A stretch of DNA of 64,000 nucleotides, from positions 2,089-66,088 of the forward strand of contig JAZDHZ010000027.1 in the NCBI GenBank assembly GCA_043805415.1, in the 5' to 3' direction. The position numbers were made by a program, and so were the translations under genes. Below, in pieces: positions 27,403-37,206 of this stretch (the stretch's first letter is position 1; the number at the start of each line of letters is the position of its first letter). The notes under the pieces are model-generated. The model saw nothing but the letters and a program-made list of their open reading frames with translations. It made no database searches and was not told the DNA's origin. The DNA is from Candidatus Omnitrophota bacterium. Its GTDB lineage: Bacteria > Omnitrophota > Gorgyraeia > B26-G9.

Positions 27403-28854
27403 TTAAGCTTGCTGCCATCTAAGTTTTAAGTCTCTTGCGGCTTTAGTTTCATCTAAACGTTTGATTGGCATATTATCCGGAGCATCATGTAATTTTTGCG
27501 CATCATTATCACAAAGTTTAGCTGCCCCTATCAATATCTCGATAAAATTATCCAAAGTCTCTTTTGATTCAGTTTCAGTAGGTTCAATCATAAGTGCTTC
27601 TTTTACAATTAAAGGGAAATATACAGTTGGCGGATGCAGGCCTTGACTGATTAGATATTTAGCAATATCTAATGCGCTCACCCCTTTTTCTTTTTGTCGC
27701 TCAGCTGAAGCCACAAATTCATGCATACATACTCTATCATATGGAATGGAAAAATATTTTCTCAATAAAACCCTACAATAATTCGCGTTTAATACTGCTT
27801 TTTCCGCGACATTTATTAACCCGGATTTACCTAAAAGCATAATATAGGCATAACTTTTTAAAATAACTCCGAAATTTCCGCAAAAAGGAGCGATAAACCC
27901 TAATGATTTTGGCTCATCATAATCCAGGGCATAAGTTCCATCACTTCTCTTTTTAACCCGGGAAATTGGCAGAAAATCTTTTAGTTTCTTGATTACTCCC
28001 ACAGGCCCAGCGCCCGGTCCGCCTCCGCCATGAGGAGTCGCGAAAGTTTTGTGAAGATTTAAATGCACTATATCAAAACCCAGATCCCCTGGCCGTGACT
28101 TCCCCAGGATTGCATTGAGATTTGCGCCGTCATAATATACAAGCGCTCCAACCTCATGCGCCGCGTCACAAATATTTTTTATTTGAGAGTTAAAAACCCC
28201 TAATGTATTCGGACAAGTAAGCATAACTCCGGCCACATCTTCATTCAGCTTGCTTTTAAATACATCAATGTCCATACAACCATTGCTCCCAGTAGGAACA
28301 ACAATTACTTCATAGCCGGCAATTGCCGCGCTCGCGGGATTAGTCCCATGTGAAGAATCCGGAACAATGATGTATTTACGTTTTTGTCCCTGATAACGAT
28401 GATACGCGGCAATGATCATAACTCCGGTAAGCTCGCCATGCGCTCCGGCAAGAGGCTGCATAGTAAAAGCATCCATTCCGGTGATCTCGGAAAGCAAACG
28501 CTCTGTTTTATAAACAACTTCCAAAGAACCTTGCGCCAGCATCCCGCCGCCTCTAAGCTGCGGCATTAGCGGATGCAGATCAAGAAAACCATCCAAGGAC
28601 GCTATTTTTTCCGTGAATTTCGGATTATATTTCATTGTGCATGATCCTAAGGGATAAAAATTAGTATCCACTGAAAAATTCAATCTCGATAAATTAGTAT
28701 AATGCCGCACTACATCCAGTTCTGAAACCTCAGGCAATTCAGCATCTTTATCCCGAAGATATTGTTTGGGAAATTCAAGGTTCTGATTGACCGTGCACAC
28801 CGGAAGCTTCAATCCTTTACGTCCTTTTACACTTTTTTCAAATATTAACTGCAT
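27403..28854 (-). CDS. gcvPB: Glycine dehydrogenase (decarboxylating) subunit 2
   Basis: 483 aa with PLP-lysine region typical of GcvPB. 10-nt overlap with gcvPA. Confidence 0.9.
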   Translation of the reverse strand: MQLIFEKSVKGRKGLKLPVCTVNQNLEFPKQYLRDKDAELPEVSELDVVRHYTNLSRLNFSVDTNFYPLGSCTMKYNPKFTEKIASLDGFLDLHPLMPQLRGGGMLAQGSLEVVYKTERLLSEITGMDAFTMQPLAGAHGELTGVMIIAAYHRYQGQKRKYIIVPDSSHGTNPASAAIAGYEVIVVPTGSNGCMDIDVFKSKLNEDVAGVMLTCPNTLGVFNSQIKNICDAAHEVGALVYYDGANLNAILGKSRPGDLGFDIVHLNLHKTFATPHGGGGPGAGPVGVIKKLKDFLPISRVKKRSDGTYALDYDEPKSLGFIAPFCGNFGVILKSYAYIMLLGKSGLINVAEKAVLNANYCRVLLRKYFSIPYDRVCMHEFVASAERQKEKGVSALDIAKYLISQGLHPPTVYFPLIVKEALMIEPTETESKETLDNFIEILIGAAKLCDNDAQKLHDAPDNMPIKRLDETKAARDLKLRWQQA

Positions 28855-30182
28855 AAAACCGCCTCTAAGCTTTCTGCCAGCTTTTTAATCTCTTCTTTTG
28901 TCCTTTTTTCAGTTACAGTCACCAAAAGATAATTTTCCATGCCCTTATAAAATCGTCCCAGCGGAAATCCACAGGCAAATCCCTTTTCAATCATTTTATT
29001 TACAACTTCTCCGGCATTTTGCGGAAGTAATACTGTAAATTCATTAAACGTCGGTGTAGTTCTTTTCACCTCTACTCCGGGAACTTTATCCAGAACTTCT
29101 TTGGCAAATTCACTATTGCGGTAATTCATCAAGCTTAGCTGTTTTAGACCTTGTTTGCCAATCAAAGAAAGATAGATAACTGCCCGCAAAGCGCAAAGCG
29201 CTTCATTAGAGCAAATATTTGATGTGGCTTTTTCTCTTCTGATATGCTGCTCTCTTGCCTGTAAAGTTAAAACAAAACCCTGCTTATTATCTTTGTCCAC
29301 TGTTTGTCCGACAACTCTTCCGGGAATTTTGCGCACATATTCTTTTTTAACTGCCATAAACCCAAGATAAGGACCGCCAAAAGAAAGCGGGATTCCCAAA
29401 CTCTGGCCTTCTCCGGTAGCAATATCAACACCCATCTCCGCCGGAGTTTTCATTAAACCCAGGGCAATAGGATAAACCGATTGCACCAGCAAAGCTCCTA
29501 AGGAATGGGCTTTTTTAGCAATATCTGAGTAATCATCTATGGCGCCAAAAAAATTAGGATTTTGAATAATCACAGCAGCGGTTTTATCATCAAGATGCTT
29601 ATATATCTGCTCTCTGGAGCTATGTCCATGCACAACATCAGTTTCAATAAATTCAATTGATAAATTGGTTGTATAGCTATATAGCATGCTCCGGTATACC
29701 AAATTAACTCCGCTATCAACGATTATTTTGCGTCTGCCGGTGATCCGCACAGCCATCATCGCGGCTTCATATAAAGCAGTACCGCCATCATATAAAGAAG
29801 CATTAGCCGCGTCCAGACCGGTTAATTCACAGATCGCGGTTTGATATTCAAAAATAGACTGCAGCCAGCCTTGGGAACATTCCGGCTGATAAGGGGTATA
29901 CGCCGTATAAAACTCTGCCCTGCCGCTTAAAGCATCAACTCCCGCGGGAATATAATGATCATAAAAACCCGCGCCTAAAAAACTGATCAGGTTTGTCGCG
30001 TTTTTGTTGGCAAGTTTTTTAAAATGCTCAATAACCTCAAACTCAGATTTACCTTCTGGGATATCAAATGATTGGGCTCGAAGATCCGGAGTTATATCCT
30101 TAAACAAATCATCAATCTTTTTAACCCCAATGATTTTTAACATTTCATTTATTTGCTCTTTTGTGTGCGGAGTATATGGCAT
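28845..30182 (-). CDS. gcvPA: Glycine dehydrogenase (decarboxylating) subunit 1
   Basis: 445 aa, GcvPA family. Stop overlaps the gcvH stop region. Confidence 0.9.
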   Translation of the reverse strand: MPYTPHTKEQINEMLKIIGVKKIDDLFKDITPDLRAQSFDIPEGKSEFEVIEHFKKLANKNATNLISFLGAGFYDHYIPAGVDALSGRAEFYTAYTPYQPECSQGWLQSIFEYQTAICELTGLDAANASLYDGGTALYEAAMMAVRITGRRKIIVDSGVNLVYRSMLYSYTTNLSIEFIETDVVHGHSSREQIYKHLDDKTAAVIIQNPNFFGAIDDYSDIAKKAHSLGALLVQSVYPIALGLMKTPAEMGVDIATGEGQSLGIPLSFGGPYLGFMAVKKEYVRKIPGRVVGQTVDKDNKQGFVLTLQAREQHIRREKATSNICSNEALCALRAVIYLSLIGKQGLKQLSLMNYRNSEFAKEVLDKVPGVEVKRTTPTFNEFTVLLPQNAGEVVNKMIEKGFACGFPLGRFYKGMENYLLVTVTEKRTKEEIKKLAESLEAVLCS

Positions 30183-30568
30183 TACAGGCTTTCCTTTAAA
30201 TAGTTTTTGTACGCATCAGCATCCATCAAATTTTCTATCTGAGATTCCTCAGTAAGTTCAATCGCAAGCAACCATCCTTGCTCATAAGGAGATTGATTTA
30301 CCAGCTCTGGATTTTCCACCACTTTATTATTTACCGCAGTAACTTTTCCGGATAAAGGCGCATAAATATCTGAGGCAGCCTTGACTGATTCTATTGTGGC
30401 GATTTGTTTAAACTGCTCGCATTGAGTCTGTTGAGCCGGCAATTCCACAAAAGTAATATCACCCAGCTCATGCTGGGCATGATCACTGATTCCCATCTTT
30501 GCCTGATTACCATCGATTTTTACCCATTCATGTTCTTTTGTGTAAAATAATCCTTCTGGTACATTCAT
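30182..30568 (-). CDS. gcvH: Glycine cleavage system H protein (lipoyl carrier)
   Basis: MNVPEGLFYTKEHEWVK... with lipoyl-lysine motif ESVKAASD. ATG at 30568 preceded by AAGGAG. The ORF track N-terminal extension overlaps gcvT and was trimmed. Confidence 0.85.
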   Translation of the reverse strand: MNVPEGLFYTKEHEWVKIDGNQAKMGISDHAQHELGDITFVELPAQQTQCEQFKQIATIESVKAASDIYAPLSGKVTAVNNKVVENPELVNQSPYEQGWLLAIELTEESQIENLMDADAYKNYLKESL

Positions 30569-30584
30569 AATCTGCTCCTTTTCA

Positions 30585-31691
30585 TTATATCCGCAAACTG
30601 CCTTTTTTATAAAAAGGCCTTTTAACCACTTTGGCATTTATTTTAACATTTTCATGCTGCAGGATAATTTCTGTGCCTATGTCACTAAATTGCGTTTCAA
30701 TATAACCCATGCCTATGCCGCAGCCCAGACTGGGCGAATATGATCCGCTGGTCACCACTCCTACTTTTCGATTATTAGAGAATATTTCATAATCATGCCG
30801 CGGCGCGCGCCTTGAATCAGTTTCAAAACAACATAATTTTTTTACCAAGCCCTGCTCCTGTTTTTTTCCCAAAGCCTTTTTACCAGAAAAATCTTTGTTC
30901 ATATCCACAAAACCAGCTAATCCTGCTTCCAGCGGAGTTGTGGTTGAATTAATATCTTGACCATATAGGGGATAACATACTTCTAATCTTAAGGTATCAC
31001 GGGCACCCAGGCCTGCTGGCTTTACGGTTTTATTTTTCAGCAGCAAATTCCAAAGTGCGATGACTTTATCATTACTTATATACAATTCAAAACCCAGTTC
31101 ACCAGTATAGCCAGTACGGCTAATAATAATATTTTCTCCTAAAACTTTAAAATAATCAAAGGTGTAATAATCTAGCTTTAAAATCCCTTCACCTGCTATT
31201 TCAACAAGCACATCCCGGCTAAGCGGACCTTGTAAATCAAGCTTTGCCAATGTATTGGAAATATCTTCAATTTTCACATTATCCTTAGCTAAGTTTTTCT
31301 CCAGATGTTCAAAATCCGCTGATGAAGTTGCCGCGTTTACAACCAGCATCCACTTATCCTGCTCTATCCGATAGATAATAACATCATCAATAATTCCCGC
31401 ATTATCATTAAGCATAAATCCGTATCTGCAGGTTTTTAAAGGCATATTAACCAAATTTTGGGTTAATATTTTATCTAATTTGCTGGGCAAAGCATCAGCT
31501 TTGATCAAGAATTCACCCATATGACAAATATCAAACACAGAGCAATTATTTCGTGTCCACTGATGCTCACTTATTATGCCTTCATATTGAATGGGCATAA
31601 GCCAGCCGCCAAAAGGCGCGCATTTTGCGCCCAATTTATTATGCTGCTCAAATAAGGGAGTTTTTTTTGTTTTCATATCCTTTAATGCCAA
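30585..31691 (-). CDS. gcvT: Glycine cleavage system aminomethyltransferase T protein
   Basis: 368 aa, GcvT fold signatures. The true start may be the internal Met (MKTKKTPLFEQH) at 31673. Confidence 0.85.
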   Translation of the reverse strand: MALKDMKTKKTPLFEQHNKLGAKCAPFGGWLMPIQYEGIISEHQWTRNNCSVFDICHMGEFLIKADALPSKLDKILTQNLVNMPLKTCRYGFMLNDNAGIIDDVIIYRIEQDKWMLVVNAATSSADFEHLEKNLAKDNVKIEDISNTLAKLDLQGPLSRDVLVEIAGEGILKLDYYTFDYFKVLGENIIISRTGYTGELGFELYISNDKVIALWNLLLKNKTVKPAGLGARDTLRLEVCYPLYGQDINSTTTPLEAGLAGFVDMNKDFSGKKALGKKQEQGLVKKLCCFETDSRRAPRHDYEIFSNNRKVGVVTSGSYSPSLGCGIGMGYIETQFSDIGTEIILQHENVKINAKVVKRPFYKKGSLRI

Positions 31692-31780
31692 AATAGTGAC
31701 AGGTTAGGGATTTAAGATACCATAAACCCAATTTTATTTCAAGTGTTTTCCTAAATTCCCAATAAATCTAGCATAAACTG

Positions 31781-33085
31781 CTATTTTCTTGTTTTAAAAC
31801 TATGTCCAAATCCCTGCGAAATGGTTCTGCCTAAAGATATTGTCATTGCCGCTGCCCCGCCGTGGCAATCTCCAGGCTGCTCTTTAATACATATCTTATC
31901 CGGGTATATCCGGTAATGTTCTCGATATTGCTGGGGAGTTAAATTAGGCATAATCACATTTGCCCCGCAGCATAATACCTTTTGCCTTCCCTGCGGATCG
32001 ATTGAGCCGACAGCTGTTGTTGCCGGAATATGCGTATTTCTGGTTAGAATCCGCACCAAGGCAATAACTTTGCGCATCATCTCTATTGTGCCTTTTTCCG
32101 CCGCGTTCAATGGGGTTTCCGGATTAGGAATAAACGGGCCGAGCCCAATCATATCCAGATCAAGCTCAAGCATTAAAAGTATATCCTCTGCAAGAATCTC
32201 CTTGGTTTGCCCAGGCAATCCAACCATACAGCCAGATCCCACCTGAAAACCAAGTTGTTTTAAATCTTTTAAACATTGAATTCTGGTTTGATAATCAGAA
32301 TCTGGTTTTAATTTCCTAAATAACTGTTCATTTGAGGTCTCAAAACGCAGCAAATAGCGGTCAGCACCTGCCTGCCGCAGTTTTTTATACTCAGAAAAAG
32401 ACCGCTCTCCTAAGGATAGAGTAATCGCACAACTCGTCTGCTGTTTAATTTCTTTAATTATCTGGCAAAGCTGCTCAATACTATAAGCATTATCTTCGCC
32501 TGACTGTAAAACAATTGTTTGGTAATTAAGCGCAACCGCTGATTTGGTAATATCTACTATTTCATTGCTCGACAATCTATATCTATTAATCTCTTTATTA
32601 TCTTTTCTTAATCCGCAATAAAGACAATTCCTTCCGCAATAATTAGAAAACTCAATTAAGCCTCTTAAATGGATATCATCTCCGCAGTAAAGCTTGCGCA
32701 GAGCATCAGCAAAATTAACCAGAATCTGTTCTGGATGGGTTTTAAGAAAATAGATTATATTCTGTTTTAAACTCCGGCGTGTTTTGGGCCAAATAAGCTG
32801 ATATAATGATTCTACGTCTTTCTGCTGCTTATGTGTTAACTTGCTATAGCCGTATATAATAATGCCGTGCGCAGCATCAAGTTCTATGCGCTGCGCATCA
32901 AACATACGCTGATTACTAATAGCTTGGCCAGAAACAAATTCTTGCCTATTCCCTTTAATATTAATAAGATGCACATTTACCGGATATATCTGCTCAACGC
33001 ATTTAGTTAAAACCCCTAACTCGCTAAGAGCTATATCCTGATCTATTTTTTTCGCTGGATTAGAAGTAAAGATCTCGTTCGCCAT
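31781..33085 (-). CDS. hydE: [FeFe]-hydrogenase maturase HydE (radical SAM), with an extra ~85-aa N-terminal extension
   Basis: LRGLIEFSNYCGRNCLYCGLRKDN radical SAM motif in biotin-synthase-like context. 434 aa versus the usual ~350. Confidence 0.8.
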   Translation of the reverse strand: MANEIFTSNPAKKIDQDIALSELGVLTKCVEQIYPVNVHLINIKGNRQEFVSGQAISNQRMFDAQRIELDAAHGIIIYGYSKLTHKQQKDVESLYQLIWPKTRRSLKQNIIYFLKTHPEQILVNFADALRKLYCGDDIHLRGLIEFSNYCGRNCLYCGLRKDNKEINRYRLSSNEIVDITKSAVALNYQTIVLQSGEDNAYSIEQLCQIIKEIKQQTSCAITLSLGERSFSEYKKLRQAGADRYLLRFETSNEQLFRKLKPDSDYQTRIQCLKDLKQLGFQVGSGCMVGLPGQTKEILAEDILLMLELDLDMIGLGPFIPNPETPLNAAEKGTIEMMRKVIALVRILTRNTHIPATTAVGSIDPQGRQKVLCCGANVIMPNLTPQQYREHYRIYPDKICIKEQPGDCHGGAAAMTISLGRTISQGFGHSFKTRK

Positions 33086-34568
33086 TTTTCACCCGGTTAT
33101 AATATTCCATAAACTGCTCAAATACTTTGGGCAGTGTTTTCTTTATTTCCCCAATCTCTTTTTCAATTATCTCTTCGGATTTAAGCTTTGTCTGTTCCGA
33201 AGCAAAATCATCAACCCATTCGCGAAACGTTAAAACCGCGTTAAGCTTGCAGAACTTCCCTTCTTTTCCGCTGCGCAGCATATCCATAATACACTCGCCG
33301 GTACGGCCGCAGCGGTAGCCGGCTGTACAAAAAGAAGTAATATATCCCATCTCAATATATTCATTAATCAGTTCTTCCAGACTGCGCGTGTCGCCTAAAA
33401 TAAACTGCTGTCTTTGACCTTGCTGCTGTTTAGTCTCATCGCCGTATGCGCCGATAGCTATTTTGGTCGAAGCATCGGTTTGGGTAATGCCCAAAGCAAT
33501 TGCCTGTTTTCGGATATCGGCATTTTCCCTGGCAGTAATAATCAGTCCGGTGTGCGGTACTGCCAATCTTAAAACAGTTATAATTTTTTTAAAATCAGCA
33601 TCAGAAACTTTATATTTTAAATTCTGCGTAAGCGGAGTATTATCCGCTGGCTCAATCCGCGGAAAAGAAATTGTATGCGCTCCGATGCCAAAGTTTTTTT
33701 CCAGCTCCTGATTATGCGTGATTAATCCCATTACCTCAAACTTCCAATCATATAATCCGAATAATACCCCTAATCCCACATCATCAATTCCCGCTTCCAT
33801 GGCGCGGTGCATAACATAAAGCCGCCAGTTATAATTGCTTTTAAGCGTATTTTCCGGATGTACTTTTCTATAAGTATCCTGATGATAGGTTTCCTGAAAA
33901 ACCTGGTAAGTGCCAATTCCCGTGTCATGCAGACGCCTTAATTCCTCGATTGAAAGCGGCGCGGCATTCACATTTACTCTTCTTATCTGACCAATACCTT
34001 TTGCGGTTTTTTCTTTTATCCCGTATATGGTTTTAACTGACTCAACCATATAATCAATACCCGTGCTTGGATGCTCGCCATAAACAACAACCAAACGTTT
34101 GTGCCCGATTTTGCCGCAAAGAACTCGAACTTCTTTTTCAATCTCCGCTAAGGAAAGTATTTTTCTTTGGGTTGCATGATTATCTTCTCTAAACGCACAG
34201 TAAAGACAATTATTTACACAAGCATTGCCTAGATACAAAGGCGCAAAAGTAACAATCCGATTATCATAAACTTTCTTTTTAACTTTTAAAGCCGTCTCCC
34301 GCATAAGCTGCCACAACTGAGGATCGCTTACATTTAAAAGACAAGCTGCTTCTTCGGCACTAAGCGTTTTAATCTGCAAAGATTTTTCCAGAATATTTAA
34401 TACTAATTGCTTATCCGGATTTTTTGCTTGGCTAAGAATGGCATCGATATTGTCCTGATCAATGAAGTTTTTAGTATCAGCTAAATATTTATCTATCTGT
34501 TCGTTTTTTATCCGCTGTTTAATCCAGTTTTCCAGTTCATTGGTTTTTAGTTTCATTAGATCCTCCAC
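33060..34568 (-). CDS. hydG: [FeFe]-hydrogenase maturase HydG (radical SAM tyrosine lyase)
   Basis: CVNNCLYCAF N-terminal cluster plus C-terminal auxiliary Cys cluster CTAGYRCGRTGEC. 502 aa. Confidence 0.85.
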   Translation of the reverse strand: MEDLMKLKTNELENWIKQRIKNEQIDKYLADTKNFIDQDNIDAILSQAKNPDKQLVLNILEKSLQIKTLSAEEAACLLNVSDPQLWQLMRETALKVKKKVYDNRIVTFAPLYLGNACVNNCLYCAFREDNHATQRKILSLAEIEKEVRVLCGKIGHKRLVVVYGEHPSTGIDYMVESVKTIYGIKEKTAKGIGQIRRVNVNAAPLSIEELRRLHDTGIGTYQVFQETYHQDTYRKVHPENTLKSNYNWRLYVMHRAMEAGIDDVGLGVLFGLYDWKFEVMGLITHNQELEKNFGIGAHTISFPRIEPADNTPLTQNLKYKVSDADFKKIITVLRLAVPHTGLIITARENADIRKQAIALGITQTDASTKIAIGAYGDETKQQQGQRQQFILGDTRSLEELINEYIEMGYITSFCTAGYRCGRTGECIMDMLRSGKEGKFCKLNAVLTFREWVDDFASEQTKLKSEEIIEKEIGEIKKTLPKVFEQFMEYYNRVKNGERDLYF

Positions 34569-35817
34569 TCAATAATAATTTTTCGGCTTTTTTATATGCC
34601 TCAAGCGCTGCGGGAAACGGGCTTAGTACCCTTTCAATCACACCCTGTAATTTCGCGATACATACTCCATAATTGCTAATCGCTACTCCTGCCTGTTCTG
34701 CTTGCTGTATCCGGCTAAGCATGGCGCGGCGATTAATCATGCAGCCGCCGCAATGAATAATCAGTTTATATTCCGCTAAATTATCCGGATAATCACTGCC
34801 GCGGCAAGTATCGAATTTAATTGCTGCCCCGGTATACTGCCGAAACCAGCGGGGGATTTTAACTCTAGCGATATCATCTTCAATCGGATGATGCGAACAG
34901 CTCTCAGCAATCAAAACTTTATCCTTAGATTTAAGGGTATCAATTACAGCGGCTGCTTGCGCTGCCTTAATCAGATCACCTTTAAATCTTGAAAATAAAA
35001 TTGAAAAAGTCGTACATTTAACATCCGCCGGAGTATCGGCAACCATCTTTAACACCACTTGAGAATCACAGATCACAATATCCGGTTTTCTCACTATATT
35101 TTCAATAACATGCGCGTATTCTCTTTCTTTAACCACAATGCTTATCGCGTCATTATCCAAAACTTCTCTGATTGTCTGAACCTGAGGGAGAATTAAGCGG
35201 CCTTTGGGTGCCTGCAGATCAATCGGCACTATCAGCACTGCGCAGCCTGCTGCCGGAATAAGATCACTGATAAGATCCGGCGGCTTTAAAAAATCCTCAG
35301 GACAAATATCAATCAGCAGTTTTTTAAACCGATTAAGCGTTTGCTCCTGGTTATCCGAATCAATGCTTGAGCAAATCAATATCTGTTTAGAAAAACCTTT
35401 AATCTGCTCAAGATATCCCTCTTCGGGATTATTCATATCAGCTTTATTAATAACCACAATCAGCGGGATCTTTTCCTGTTCTGCTCTTTGGGCAACCAAG
35501 ATTTCATAATCCTGCCAGGTTCCGGCTTCAACAATAAGCACAACCACATCCGCTTTTTTAAACACCGCGTATGTTTTTTTAAGCCGCATTTCCGAAAGCG
35601 CTGAGGCATCATCAATTCCCGCTGTATCTAAAAATACCACCGGACCTAAAGGCAATAGCTCCATTGTTTTTTCCACTACATCAGTTGTTGTGCCGGCAAT
35701 CGGAGAAGTTATTGCCACATCCTGCAAGCTGATATAATTAAGAAACGTGGATTTTCCCACATTCATCCTGCCGAACAGGCCGATATGCAGGCGTAGTGAT
35801 TTAGGCGCCTTATTCAT
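34537..35817 (-). CDS. hydF: [FeFe]-hydrogenase maturation GTPase HydF
   Basis: GRMNVGKSTFLN P-loop. C-terminal CxH...HCxxC FeS-binding region (ESCSHHP...HCGGC). ATG at 35817 sits 5 nt after the aspA-like stop. Confidence 0.85.
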   Translation of the reverse strand: MNKAPKSLRLHIGLFGRMNVGKSTFLNYISLQDVAITSPIAGTTTDVVEKTMELLPLGPVVFLDTAGIDDASALSEMRLKKTYAVFKKADVVVLIVEAGTWQDYEILVAQRAEQEKIPLIVVINKADMNNPEEGYLEQIKGFSKQILICSSIDSDNQEQTLNRFKKLLIDICPEDFLKPPDLISDLIPAAGCAVLIVPIDLQAPKGRLILPQVQTIREVLDNDAISIVVKEREYAHVIENIVRKPDIVICDSQVVLKMVADTPADVKCTTFSILFSRFKGDLIKAAQAAAVIDTLKSKDKVLIAESCSHHPIEDDIARVKIPRWFRQYTGAAIKFDTCRGSDYPDNLAEYKLIIHCGGCMINRRAMLSRIQQAEQAGVAISNYGVCIAKLQGVIERVLSPFPAALEAYKKAEKLLLSGGSNETKNQ

Positions 35818-37198
35818 CTTGTTTATACCCCAATGATACGATATTAGCCGGATCAAGCACTTTGTTTACTAAATCTTTACCCAGTTTCTGGCTTAAAAAA
35901 TCGTTTAAGCTTATCTTTTTGTTTTCCGGGATTTGAGAAAATTCCTGAACTAATTCCGTGGCTTTTTCATATCCCAGATAAGGCAAAAAAGCCGTGATTA
36001 AACCCGGACTTTTATTTAAATTTTCTTGGCATTTTGCTGGTTTAGCCTTTATCAGCAGCACATGTTTTGTCAGTATTTTATTGGCATTTAACAATACATC
36101 CAATGATTCAAGCATCGCGTAAGCTAAAAGCGGCATAAATTCATTTATCTGCAAAGTGCTTCGGCTTACTGCCTCGGTTATCAGAAAATCATTCGCCAGG
36201 ACTTTTATCCCTGCCTGGATTATCGCTTCCATAATTACCGGATTGATTTTTCCCGGCATAATTGATGAGCCAGCCTGCACTGCAGGCAATTCTATTTCTT
36301 CAAATAAATGCAGTAACCGCAGATCTTGGCAGATTTTAATCAGATTCTGAGCATGGGCTTTAATAATTCCAGAGGTTTCCCCAAAAGCATCACTATTGGC
36401 CGTACTATCAATCAGATTCTCAGCCCGGCAGATCCCCAAATTGCTGAGCTGTCTCAGTTTTTCAATTACTAAAAAAATATAATCTCTAGGAGCAGTAAGT
36501 CCGGTCCCCACCGCTGTGCCACCGATATTAACCGTGCGGATACGTTCCTGAGCTTTAAACATTCTCCACCTATCCCGTCCAAAAGCCTCGGCAAAGCCGG
36601 AAAATTCCAAACCCAAGGTAATCGGCACAGCATCCTGCAGCTCTGTCCTGGCAATTTTTACAATATGGCTAAATTCTTTTTCTTTTGCCTGAAAAGCGCC
36701 TTGGAGTTTAGCGATCTCCGCGCTTAATAAATTTAACTTGTAAATCACCGCGATTTTTAAAGCCGTGGGATAAACATCATTTGTTGACTGATGTTTATTA
36801 ACATCTTCAATCGGATGGATCAGAGTATAATCTCCTTTATCTCCCCCCATTTTCTCAATCGCGATATTGGCAATGACTTCATTAATATTCATATTTGTGG
36901 AAGTGCCTGCGCCGCCTTGCAAAGCATCAACAATAAACTGATCATCATGTAAACCAGCATTAATCGCATCACATGCTTGACAGATTGAATCAGCCTTGGC
37001 CTGTTCCAGATAACCCAACTCAGCATTGGCCAGGGCACAGGCTTTTTTAACCAACCCTAAAGCGTGAATCAGCGAAATATTTATTCTACTTCCCGTTATC
37101 GGGAAATTCTCCCAAGCTCTTTGTGTATGAATGCCCCAGTAGGCGTCTTGGCTAACTTCTTTTTGCCCTAAAAGGTCTGATTCCATCCGGTTTTCCAT
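35810..37198 (-). CDS. Aspartate ammonia-lyase / class II fumarase family enzyme (hyd-cluster-associated AspA-like)
   Basis: GSSIMPGKINPV signature loop. 462 aa. Confidence 0.8.
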   Translation of the reverse strand: MENRMESDLLGQKEVSQDAYWGIHTQRAWENFPITGSRINISLIHALGLVKKACALANAELGYLEQAKADSICQACDAINAGLHDDQFIVDALQGGAGTSTNMNINEVIANIAIEKMGGDKGDYTLIHPIEDVNKHQSTNDVYPTALKIAVIYKLNLLSAEIAKLQGAFQAKEKEFSHIVKIARTELQDAVPITLGLEFSGFAEAFGRDRWRMFKAQERIRTVNIGGTAVGTGLTAPRDYIFLVIEKLRQLSNLGICRAENLIDSTANSDAFGETSGIIKAHAQNLIKICQDLRLLHLFEEIELPAVQAGSSIMPGKINPVIMEAIIQAGIKVLANDFLITEAVSRSTLQINEFMPLLAYAMLESLDVLLNANKILTKHVLLIKAKPAKCQENLNKSPGLITAFLPYLGYEKATELVQEFSQIPENKKISLNDFLSQKLGKDLVNKVLDPANIVSLGYKQDE

Positions 37199-37206
37199 AA
37201 TTACCT

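Noticed and set aside
30569-30637. N-terminal extension of the gcvH ORF (MPKWLKGLFIKKAVCGYNEKEQI) in the ORF track.
   Set aside because: It overlaps the 3' end of gcvT in another frame. An internal ATG at 30568 with an AAGGAG Shine-Dalgarno gives the canonical GcvH N-terminus. The same trimming logic was applied to hydF (35817), the M48 gene (47926), xth (48799), the sulfhydrogenase gamma subunit (42523), lplA (27357), nfnA (5460) and the TM1266-like gene (37470).
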